From Bugula neritina (taxonomy: Eukaryota; Animalia; Bryozoa): 64,000 bases of DNA. This document shows, in pieces, positions 10,301-22,900 of this stretch. The first letter of the stretch is position 1. Each line of letters begins with the position of its first letter. The notes beneath the pieces are model-generated. The model saw only the letters and a program-made list of their open reading frames with translations, did no database searches and was not told the origin of the DNA. Made by a program: the position numbers and the translations under genes. Location of the stretch: positions 124,001-188,000 of the forward strand of contig CAXIUT010000103.1 of the NCBI GenBank assembly GCA_964035545.1. The letters are read 5' to 3'.

Positions 10301-10960
10301 TGCAAAACTTGATGCCTGCTTCAAAGATACCAGTGCTTAATTACTGTGTTAACTGTATTGGCACGTTGCCATGAGATATTTGGTAATATTTCACATCACA
10401 ACAAACTCTTCAGAAAGTTAAGAAAATCAGTCTAGAAAGTTAATGAAATAAACCTACCAGAAAGAGTAAGCCAGATGTAACAAGTAGATCCAAAACAATT
10501 AGTTGATTAACAATTGAAGTTGAAATCTCCATGTAGTCAACACTTTAGTCCTAATGTCAAATGCAAACGTCTGCAACCAAACTGTGTAGACTTCATGAGC
10601 TGGTTAGCTGAAAGGACTCATTAAAGTTCTTAACTCTTGTGTGTATAGTGATGCCCATCTTGAACTAGAGAGGGCTGACTGAAGACTGCTACTTTGTGAA
10701 AATTGACAATGCATATTATTATTATTCATTGTTGAGATTCACGACTGCCATAAACAATGATAAAATATTCATTGTTGGTACTACTGAGTAGAATAAAATA
10801 TAATATAATATTATTTTCTGGACAAATAAATAATATCAAATGCATATTATAACTTACCATAAATCTACAGTGCTTCACATCTTCACTTTTTTCTGCAATG
10901 TTATTTCTTTGCAGTTAGAAGTACTAGTTGAAAATATGACTATGAAACATAACCCTTCAA

Positions 10961-13900
10961 TTTCATTGCACCAGCACCGTTCTCAAGAAAGGTGTGGTGG
11001 GAGTTATCTTTCCTAAAATTTTGTTCCTGGCGTTTATACGAAGCAGACACAGGCTCATATTAGTTTAGTTATTTGAAAGAGTTTTGCTGTCATACTGTCC
11101 ATCAGCAGGAGCTGACGCCTTGCGGTTATTATGGAAATACCAGCGATGCTGGAAGACCTTTGCATTGTACACCCGCCTTTACTATTGAATTTAGATGTTT
11201 TATTTTCCCCTCCCCTCTCCCTCCCCCCTGTCCCCTCTAACAACCAGTAATCCTGCCTCATGTAAAATGTGTTATTGTTTTAGAGTTGGACCATGGGCCT
11301 ACAGTATACGATTTGAAGCCTTATAGTTTACAGGCAGTCAAGATGAGTCACTGCTGAAACCCATTTTATTAGTAGACTATATTGCTCTTCAATCATCAGT
11401 TTTCATATTAAAACAGAAAGCTCATCTGCAGCACCATTTCACAGTGTTATATTTTGCTAGAGCAATAACTAATTTTAGATGCCTTTGCAAACGTATGAGA
11501 AATAAATGAGTCATTTTATGAAAAGAGGTGTTTGCAGCAATTGTCCACTTTTGATTTAGACGCGGCGAGGAAAGTTTTGTAGTTTTAAATAATATCTCCA
11601 AACTCATCACTTGCATGTGTTTAGATACTTGATAAAGTTTTGTATGCAAAATTTGATGCCTGCTTCAATGACACCAGTGCTTAATTACTGTGTTAACTGT
11701 ATTGGCACAATGCCATGAGATATTTGGTAATATTTCGCATCACAACAAACTCTTCAGAAAATGAAGAAAATCAGTCTAGAAAGTTAATGAAATAAACCTA
11801 CCAGAGAGAGTAAGCCAGATGTGACAAGTTGATCCAAAACAAGTTGATTAACAGTTGAAGTTGAAGTCTCCATGTAGTGAGCACTTTAGTCCTAATGTCA
11901 AATGCAAACATCTGCAACCAAACTGTGTAGATTTCATGAGCTGGTTAGCTGACAGGACTCATTAAAGTTCTTAACTCGCGTGTGTATGGTGATGCCCATC
12001 TTGAACTAGACAGGGCTGACTAAAGAATGCTACTTTGTGAAAATTGACAATGCATATTAATATTATTCATTGTTGAGATTCACAACTGCCATAAACAATG
12101 ATAAAATATTCATTGTTGGTACTAGTGAGTAGAATAAAATATAATATAATATTTTCTTGACAGATAAATAATATAATATACAGAATCTAACTTACCATAA
12201 CTCTACAGTGCTTCACCTCTTTAACTTTTTCGGCAATGTTATTCCTTTCTAGTTAGAAGTATTAGCTGAATATAGGACTATGAAACATAACCCTTCAATT
12301 TCATTGCACCAGCACCGGTTGCAAGATAGGTATAGTGGGAGTTATCTTTCCTAAAATTTTGTTCCTGGCGTTTATACGAAGCAGACACAGGCTGATATTA
12401 GTTTAGTTATTTGAAAGAGTTTTGCTGTCATATTGTCCATCAGCAGGAGCTTGCGCCTTGCGGTTATTATGGAAATACCAGTGATGCTGCAAGACCTTTG
12501 CATTGTACACCCGCCTTTACTATTGAATTTAGATGTTTTATTTTCCCCTCCCCTCTCCCTCCCCCCTGTCCCCTCTAACATCCAGTAATCCTGACTCATG
12601 TAAAATGTGTTATTGTTTTAGAGTTGAACCATGGGCCTACAGTATACGATTTGAAGCCCTATAGTTTACAGGCAGTCAAGATGAGTCACTGCTGAAACCC
12701 ATTTTATTAGTAGACTATATTGCTCTTCAATCATCAGTTTTCATATTAAAACAGAAAGCTCATCTGCAGCACCATTTCACAGTGTTATATTTTGCTAGAG
12801 CAATAACTAATTTTAGATGCCTTTGCAAACGTATGAGAAATAAATGAGTCATTTTATGAAAAGAGGTGTTTGCAGCAATTGTCCACTTTTGATTTAGACG
12901 CGGCATGGAAAGTTTTGTAGTTTTAAATAATATCTCCAAACTCATCACTTGCATGTGTTTAGATACTTGATAAAGTTTTGTATGCAAAATTTGATGCCCG
13001 CTTCAATGACACCAGTGCTTAATTACTGTGTTAACTGTATTGGCACAATGCCATGAGATATTTGGTAATATTTCGCATCACAACAAACTCTTCAGAAAAT
13101 TAAGAAATTCAGTCTAGAAAGTTAATGAAATAAACCTACCAGAGAGAGTAAGCCAGATGTGACAAGTTGATCCAAAAGAAGTTGATTAACAGTTGAAGTT
13201 GAAGTCTCCATGTAGTGAACACTTTAGTCCTAATGTCAAATGCAAACGTCTGCAACCAAACTGTGTAGACTTCATGAGCTGGTTAGCTGACAGGACTCAT
13301 TAAAGTTCTTAACTCGCGTGTGTATGGTGATGCCCATCTTGAACTAGACAGGGCTGACTAAAGAATGCTACTTTGTGAAAATTGACAATGCATATTAATA
13401 TTATTCATTGTTGAGATTCACGACTGCCATAAACAATGATAAAATATTCATTGTTGGTACTAGTGAGTAGAATAAAATATAATATAATATTTTCTTGACA
13501 GATAAATAATATCATATACAGAATCTAACTTACCATAACTCTACAGTGCTTCACCTCTTTAACTTTTTCGGCAATGTTATTCCTTTCTAGTTAGAAGTAC
13601 TAGCTGAATATAGGACTATGAAACATAACCCTTCAATTTCATTGCACCAGCACCGTTCTCAAGAAAGGTGTGGTGGGAGTTATCTTTCCTAAAATTTTGT
13701 TCCTGGCGTTTATACGAAGCAGACACAGGCTAATATTAGTTTAGTTATTTGAAAGAGTTTTGCTGTCATATTGTCCATCAGCAGGAGCTGACGCCTTGCG
13801 GTTATTATGGAAATACCAGCGATGCTGGAAGACCTTTGCATTGTACACCCGCCTTTACTATTGAATTTAGATGTTTTATTTTCCCCTCCCCTCTCCCTCC

Positions 13901-16900
13901 CCCCTGTCCCCTCTAACAACCAGTAATCCTGCCTCATGTAAAATGTGTTATTGTTTTAGAGTTGGACCATGGGCCTACAGTATACGATTTGAAGCCTTAT
14001 AGTTTACAGGCAGTCAAGATGAGTCACTGCTGAAACCCATTTTATTAGTAGACTATTTTGCTCTTCAATCATCAGTTTTCATATTAAAACAGAAAGCTCA
14101 TCTGCAGCACCATTTCACAGTGTTATATTTTGCTAGAGCAATAACTAATTTTAGATGCCTTTGCAAACGTATGAGAAATAAATGAGTCATTTTATGAAAA
14201 GAGGTGTTTGCAGCAATTGTCCACTTTTGATTTAGACGCGGCATGGAAAGTTTTGTAGTTTTAAATAATATCTCCAAACTCATCACTTGCATGTGTTTAG
14301 ATACTTGATAAAGTTTTGTATGCAAAATTTGATGCCTGCTTCAATGACACCAGTGCTTAATTACTGTGTTAACTGTATTGGCACAATGCCATGAGATATT
14401 TGGTAATATTTCGCATCACAACAAACTCTTCAGAAAATGAAGAAAATCAGTCTAGAAAGTTAATGAAATAAACCTACCAGAGAGAGTAAGCCAGATGTGA
14501 CAAGTTGATCCAAAACAAGTTGATTAACAGTTGAAGTTGAAGTCTCCATGTAGTGAGCACTTTAGTCCTAATGTCAAATGCAAACATCTGCAACCAAACT
14601 GTGTAGATTTCATGAGCTGGTTAGCTGACAGGACTCATTAAAGTTCTTAACTCGCGTGTGTATGGTGATGCCCATCCTGAACTAGACAGGGCTGACTAAA
14701 GAATGCTACTTTGTGAAAATTGACAATGCATATTAATATTATTCATTGTTGAGATTCACAACTGCCATAAACAATGATAAAATATTCATTGTTGGTACTA
14801 GTGAGTAGAATAAAATATAATATAATATTTTCTTGAGAGATAAACAATATCATATACAGAATCTAACTTACCATAACTCTACAGTGCTTCACCTCTTTAA
14901 CTTTTTCGGCAATGTCATTCCTTTCTAGTTAGAAGTATTAGCTGAATATATGACTATGAAACATAACCCTTCAATTTCATTGCACCAGCACCGGTTGCAA
15001 GATAGGTGTAGTGGGAGTTATCTTTCCTAAAATTTTGTTCCTGGCGTTTATACGAAGCAGACACAGGCTGATATTAGTTTAGTTATTTGAAAGAGTTTTG
15101 CTGTCATATTGTCCATCAGCAGGAGCTTGCGCCTTGCGGTTATTATGGAAATACCAGTGATGCTGCAAGACCTTTGCATTGTACACCCGCCTTTACTATT
15201 GAATTTAGATGTTTTATTTTCCCCTCCCCTCTCCCTCCCCCCTGTCCCCTCTAACAACCAGTAATCCTGACTCATGTAAAATGTGTTATTGTTTTAGAGT
15301 TGAACCATGGGCCTACAGTATACGATTTGAAGCCTTATAGTTTACAGGCAGTCAAGATGAGTCACTGCTGAAACCCATTTTATTAGTAGACTATATTGCT
15401 CTTCAATCATCAGTTTTCATATTAAAAGAGAAAGCTCATTTGCAGCACCATTTCACAGTGTTATATTTTGCTAGAGCAATAACTAATTTTAGATGCCTTT
15501 GCAAACGTATGAGAAATAAATGAGTCATTTTATGAAAAGAGGTGTTTGCAGCAATTGTCCACTTTTGATTTAGACGCGGCATGGAAAGTTTTGTAGTTTT
15601 AAATAATATCTCCAAACTCATCACTTGCATGTGTTTAGATACTTGATAAAGTTTTGTATGCAAAATTTGATGCCTGCTTCAATGACACCAGTGCTTAATT
15701 ACTGTGTTAACTGTATTGGCACAATGCCATGAGATATTTGGTAATATTTCGCATCACAACAAACTCTTCAGAAAATGAAGAAAATCAGTCTAGAAAGTTA
15801 ATGAAATAAACCTACCAGAGAGAGTAAGCCAGATGTGACAAGTTGATCCAAAACAAGTTGATTAACAGTTGAAGTTGAAGTCTCCAGGTAGTGAACACTT
15901 TAGTCCTAATGTCAAATGCAAACGTCTGCAACCAAACTGTGTAGACTTCATGAGCTGGTTAGCTGGCAGGACTCATTAAAGTTCTTAACTCTCGTGTGTA
16001 TGGTGATGCCCATCTTGAACTAGAGAGGGCTGACTAAAGAATGCTACTTTGTGAAAATTGACAATGCATATTATTATTATTCATTGTTGAGATTCACGAC
16101 TGCCATAAACAATGATAAATTATTCATTGTTGGTACTAGTGAGTAAATTAAAATATAATATAATATTTTCTTGACAGATAAATAATATCGTATACAGAAT
16201 CTAACTTACCATAACTCTACAGTGCTTCACCTCTTGAAATTTTTGGCAATGTTATTTCTTTCTAGTTAGAAGTACTAGCTGAATATAGGACTATGAAACA
16301 TAACCCTTCAATTTCATTGCACCAGCACCGGTTGCAAGATAGGTGTGGTGGGAGTTATCTTTCCTAAAATTTCGTTCTTGGCGTTTATACGAAGCAGACA
16401 GAGGCTGATATTAGTTTAGTTATTTGAAAGAGTTTTGCTGTCATATTGTCCATCAGCAGGAGCTTGCGCCTTGCAGTTATTATGGAAATACCAGTGATGC
16501 TGCAAGACCTTTGCATTGTACACCCGCCTTCACTATTGAATTTAGAGGTTTAATTTTCCCCTCCCCTCTCCCTCCCCCCTGTCCCCTCTAACAACCAGTA
16601 ATCCTGACTCATGTAAAATGTGTTATTGTTTTAGAGTTGGACCATGGGCCTACAGTATACGATTTGAAGCTTCATAGTTTACAGGCAGTCGAGATGAGTC
16701 ATTGCTGAAACCAATTTTTATTAGTAGACTATATTGCTCTTCAATCATCAGTTTTCATATTAAAACAGAAAGCTCATCCGCAGCACCATTTCACAGTGTT
16801 ATATTTTGCTAGAGCAATAACTAATTTTAGATGCCTTTGCAAACATATGAGAAATAAATGAGTCATTCTATGAAAAGAGGTGTTTGCAGCAATTGTCCAC

Positions 16901-19900
16901 TTTTGATTTAGACGCGGCATGGAAACTTTTGTAGTTTTAAATAATATCTCCAAACTCATCACTTGCATGTGTTTAGATACTTGATAAAGTTTTTTATGCA
17001 AAATTTGATGCCTGCTTCAAAAACACCAGTGCTTAATTACTGTGTTAACTGTATTGGCACGTTGCCATGAGATATTTGGTAATATTTCGCATTTCAACAA
17101 ATTCTTCAGAAAGTTAAGAAAATTAGTCTGAAAAGTTAATGAAATAAACCCACCAGAGAGAGTAAGCCAGATGTGACAAGTAGATCCAAAATAAGTTGAT
17201 TAACAGTTGAAGTTGAAATCTCCATGTAGTGAACACTTAGTCCTAATGTCAAATGCAAACGTCTGCTACCAAACTGTGTAGACTTCATGAGCTGGTTAGC
17301 TGACAGGACTCATTAAAGTTCTTAACTCTTGTGTGTATGGTGATGCCCATCTTGAACTAGAGAGGGCTGACTAAAGACTGCTACTTTGTGAAAATTGACA
17401 ATGCATATTATTATTATTCATTGTTGAGATTCACGACTGCCATAAACAATGATAAATTATTCATTGTTTGTACTAGTGAGTAAATTAAAATATAATATAA
17501 TATTTTCTTGACAGATAAATAATATCGTATACAGAATCTAACTTACCATAACTCTAAAGTGCTTCACCTCTTCAAATTTTTCGGCAATGTTATTTCTTTC
17601 TAGTTAGAAGTACTAGCTGAATATAGGACTATGAAACATAACCCTTCAATTTCATTGCACAAGCACCGGTTGCAAGATAGGTGTGGTGGGAGTTATCTTT
17701 CCTAAAATTTCGTTCTTGGCGTTTATACGAAGCAGACACAGGCTAATATTAGTTTAGTTATTTGAAAGAGTTTTGCTGTCATATTGTCCATCAGCAGGAG
17801 CTGACGCCTTGCAGTTATTATGGAAATACCAGTGATGCTGGAAGACCTTTGCATTGTACACCCGCCTTTACTATTGAATTTAGATGTTTTATTTTCCCCT
17901 CCCCTCTCCCTCCCCCCTGTCCCCTCTAACAACCAGTAATCCTGACTCATGTAAAATGTGTTATTGTTTTAGAGTTGGACCATGGGCCTAGAGTATACAA
18001 TTTGAAGCTTTATAGTTTACAGGCAGTCGAGATGAGTCATTGCTGAAACCAATTTTTATTAGTAGACTATATTGCTCTTCAATCACCAGTTTTCATATTA
18101 AAACAGAAAGCTCATCCGCCGCACCATTTCACAGTGTTATATTTTGCTAGAGCAATAACTAATTTTAGATGCCTTTGCAAACATATGAGAAATAAATGAG
18201 TCATTCTATGAAAAGAGGTGTTTGCAGCAATTGTCCACTTTTGATTTAGACGCGGCATGGAAACTTTTGTAGTTTTAAATAATATCTCCAAACTCATCAT
18301 TTGCATGTGTTTAGATACTTGATAAAGTTTTGTATGCAAAATTTGATGCCTGCTTCAATGACACCAGTGCTTAATTACTGTGTTAACTGTATTGGCACAA
18401 TGCCATGAGATATTTGGTAATATTTCGCATCACAACAAACTCTTCAGAAAATGAAGAAAATCAGTCTAGAAAGTTAATGAAATAAACCTACCAGAGAGAG
18501 TAAGCCAGATGTGACAAGTTGATCCAAAACAAGTTGATTAACAGTTGAAGTTGAAGTCTCCATGTAGTGAACACTTTAGTCCTAATGTCAAATGCAAACG
18601 TCTGCTACCAAACTGTGTAGACTTCATGAGCTGGTTAGCTGACAGGACTCATTAAAGTTCTTAACTCTTGTGTGTATGGTGATGCCCATCTTGAACTAGA
18701 GAGGGCTGACTAAAGACTGCTACTTTGTGAAAATTGACAATGCATATTATTATTATTCATTGTTGAGATTCACGACTGCCATAAACAATGATAAATTATT
18801 CATTGTTGGTACTAGTGAGTAAATTAAAATATAATATAATATTTTCTTGACAGATAAATAATATCGTATACAGAATCTAACTTACCATAACTCTAAAGTG
18901 CTTCACCTCTTCAAATTTTTCGGCAATGTTATTTCTTTCTAGTTAGAAGTACTAGCTGAATATAGGACTATGAAACATAACCCTTCAATTTCATTGCACC
19001 AGCACCGGTTGCAAGATAGGTGTGGTGGGAGTTATCTTTCCTAAAATTTCGTTCTTGGCGTTTATACGAAGCAGACACAGGCTAATATTAGTTTAGTTAT
19101 TTGAAAGAGTTTTGCTGTCATATTGTCCATCAGCAGGAGCTGACGCCTTGCAGTTATTATGGAAATACCAGTGATGCTGGAAGACCTTTGCATTGTACAC
19201 CCGCCTTTACTATTGAATTTAGATGTTTTATTTTCCCCTCCCCTCTCCCTCCCCCCTGTCCCCTCTAACAACCAGTAATCCTGACTCATGTAAAATGTGT
19301 TATTGTTTTAGAGTTGGACCATGGGCCTAGAGTATACGATTTGAAGCTTTATAGTTTACAGGCAGTCGAGATGAGTCATTGCTGAAACCAATTTTTATTA
19401 GTAGACTATATTGCTCTTCAATCATCAGTTTTCATATTAAAACAGAAAGCTCATCCGCCGCACCATTTCACAGTGTTATATTTTGCTAGAGCAATAACTA
19501 ATTTTAGATGCCTTTGCAAACATATGAGAAATAAATGAGTCATTCTATGAAAAGAGGTGTTTGCAGCAATTGTCCACTTTTGATTTAGACGCGGCATGGA
19601 AACTTTTGTAGTTTTAAATAATATCTCCAAACTCATCACTTGCATGTGTTTAGATACTTGATAAAGTTTTGTATGCAAAAATTGATGCCTGCTTCAATGA
19701 CACCAGTGCTTAATTACTGTGTTAACTGTATTGGCACAATGCCATGAGATATTTGGTAATATTTCGCATCACAACAAACTCTTCAGAAAATTAAGAAAAT
19801 CAGTCTAGAAAGTTAATGAAATAAACCTACCAGAGAGAATAAGCCGGATGTGACAAGTTGATCCAAAACAAGTTGATTAACAGTTGAAGTTGAAGTCTCC

Positions 19901-22900
19901 ATGTAGTGAACACTTTAGTCCTAATGTCAAATGCAAACGTCTGCAACCAAACTGTGTAGACTTCATGAGCTGGTTAGCTGACAGGACTCATTAAAGTTCT
20001 TAACTCTTGTGTGTATGGTGATGCCCATCTTGAACTAGAGAGGGCTGACTAAAGACTGCTACTTTGTGAAAATTGACAATGCATATTATTATTATTCATT
20101 GTTGAGATTCACGACTGCCATAAACAATGATAAAATATTCATTGTTGGTACTAGTGAGTAGAATAAAATATAATATAATATTTTCTTGACAGATAAATAA
20201 TATAATATACAGAATCTAACTTACCATAACTCTACAGTGCTTCACCTCTTTAACTTTTTCGGCAATGTTATTCCTTTCTAGTTAGAAGTATTAGCTGAAT
20301 ATAGGACTATGAAACATAACCCTTCAATTTCATTGCACCAGCACCGGTTGCAAGATAGGTATAGTGGGAGTTATCTTTCCTAAAATTTTGTTCCTGGCGT
20401 TTATACGAAGCAGACACAGGCTGATATTAGTTTAGTTATTTGAAAGAGTTTTGCTGTCATATTGTCCATCAGCAGGAGCTTGCGCCTTGCGGTTATTATG
20501 GAAATACCAGTGATGCTGCAAGACCTTTGCATTGTACACCCGCCTTTACTATTGAATTTAGATGTTTTATTTTCCCCTCCCCTCTCCCTCCCCCCTGTCC
20601 CCTCTAACATCCAGTAATCCTGACTCATGTAAAATGTGTTATTGTTTTAGAGTTGAACCATGGGCCTACAGTATACGATTTGAAGCCCTATAGTTTACAG
20701 GCAGTCAAGATGAGTCACTGCTGAAACCCATTTTATTAGTAGACTATATTGCTCTTCAATCATCAGTTTTCATATTAAAACAGAAAGCTCATCTGCAGCA
20801 CCATTTCACAGTGTTATATTTTGCTAGAGCAATAACTAATTTTAGATGCCTTTGCAAACGTATGAGAAATAAATGAGTCATTTTATGAAAAGAGGTGTTT
20901 GCAGCAATTGTCCACTTTTGATTTAGACGCGGCATGGAAAGTTTTGTAGTTTTAAATAATATCTCCAAACTCATCACTTGCATGTGTTTAGATACTTGAT
21001 AAAGTTTTGTATGCAAAATTTGATGCCCGCTTCAATGACACCAGTGCTTAATTACTGTGTTAACTGTATTGGCACAATGCCATGAGATATTTGGTAATAT
21101 TTCGCATCACAACAAACTCTTCAGAAAATTAAGAAATTCAGTCTAGAAAGTTAATGAAATAAACCTACCAGAGAGAGTAAGCCAGATGTGACAAGTTGAT
21201 CCAAAAGAAGTTGATTAACAGTTGAAGTTGAAGTCTCCATGTAGTGAACACTTTAGTCCTAATGTCAAATGCAAACGTCTGCAACCAAACTGTGTAGACT
21301 TCATGAGCTGGTTAGCTGACAGGACTCATTAAAGTTCTTAACTCGCGTGTGTATGGTGATGCCCATCTTGAACTAGACAGGGCTGACTAAAGAATGCTAC
21401 TTTGTGAAAATTGACAATGCATATTAATATTATTCATTGTTGAGATTCACGACTGCCATAAACAATGATAAAATATTCATTGTTGGTACTAGTGAGTAGA
21501 ATAAAATATAATATAATATTTTCTTGACAGATAAATAATATCATATACAGAATCTAACTTACCATAACTCTACAGTGCTTCACCTCTTTAACTTTTTCGG
21601 CAATGTTATTCCTTTCTAGTTAGAAGTACTAGCTGAATATAGGACTATGAAACATAACCCTTCAATTTCATTGCACCAGCACCGTTCTCAAGAAAGGTGT
21701 GGTGGGAGTTATCTTTCCTAAAATTTTGTTCCTGGCGTTTATACGAAGCAGACACAGGCTAATATTAGTTTAGTTATTTGAAAGAGTTTTGCTGTCATAT
21801 TGTCCATCAGCAGGAGCTGACGCCTTGCGGTTATTATGGAAATACCAGCGATGCTGGAAGACCTTTGCATTGTACACCCGCCTTTACTATTGAATTTAGA
21901 TGTTTTATTTTCCCCTCCCCTCTCCCTCCCCCCTGTCCCCTCTAACAACCAGTAATCCTGCCTCATGTAAAATGTGTTATTGTTTTAGAGTTGGACCATG
22001 GGCCTACAGTATACGATTTGAAGCCTTATAGTTTACAGGCAGTCAAGATGAGTCACTGCTGAAACCCATTTTATTAGTAGACTATTTTGCTCTTCAATCA
22101 TCAGTTTTCATATTAAAACAGAAAGCTCATCTGCAGCACCATTTCACAGTGTTATATTTTGCTAGAGCAATAACTAATTTTAGATGCCTTTGCAAACGTA
22201 TGAGAAATAAATGAGTCGTTTTATGAAAAGAGGTGTTTGCAGCAATTGTCCACTTTTGATTTAGACGCGGCATGGAAAGTTTTGTAGTTTTAAATAATAT
22301 CTCCAAACTCATCACTTGCATGTGTTTAGATACTTGATAAAGTTTTGTATGCAAAATTTGATGCCTGCTTCAATGACACCAGTGCTTAATTACTGTGTTA
22401 ACTGTATTGGCACAATGCCATGAGATATTTGGTAATATTTCGCATCACAACAAACTCTTCAGAAAATGAAGAAAATCAGTCTAGAAAGTTAATGAAATAA
22501 ACCTACCAGAGAGAGTAAGCCAGATGTGACAAGTTGATCCAAAACAAGTTGATTAACAGTTGAAGTTGAAGTCTCCATGTAGTGAGCACTTTAGTCCTAA
22601 TGTCAAATGCAAACATCTGCAACCAAACTGTGTAGATTTCATGAGCTGGTTAGCTGACAGGACTCATTAAAGTTCTTAACTCGCGTGTGTATGGTGATGC
22701 CCATCCTGAACTAGACAGGGCTGACTAAAGAATGCTACTTTGTGAAAATTGACAATGCATATTAATATTATTCATTGTTGAGATTCACAACTGCCATAAA
22801 CAATGATAAAATATTCATTGTTGGTACTAGTGAGTAGAATAAAATATAATATAATATTTTCTTGACAGATAAATAATATAATATACAGAATCTAACTTAC

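Larger units (their letters stand above)
1..10960. repeat. Subfamily A block (~8.2 units, 1340-1344 bp each)
   Basis: Diagnostic A alleles: TCAAATGCATATTATAAC, CTTTGCAGTTAG, TCTGATTG, GGCCCATGGGCC, TTACAAGCGG, GACTGAAGAC. Boundary lies between ~10938 and 10979. Confidence 0.93.

Noticed and set aside
17555-17565. AAAGTGCTTC, the miR-430/427/302 seed, in some B2 units
   Set aside because: It is a minority allele (most units have ACAGTGCT) and no complementary arm forms a pre-miRNA hairpin.
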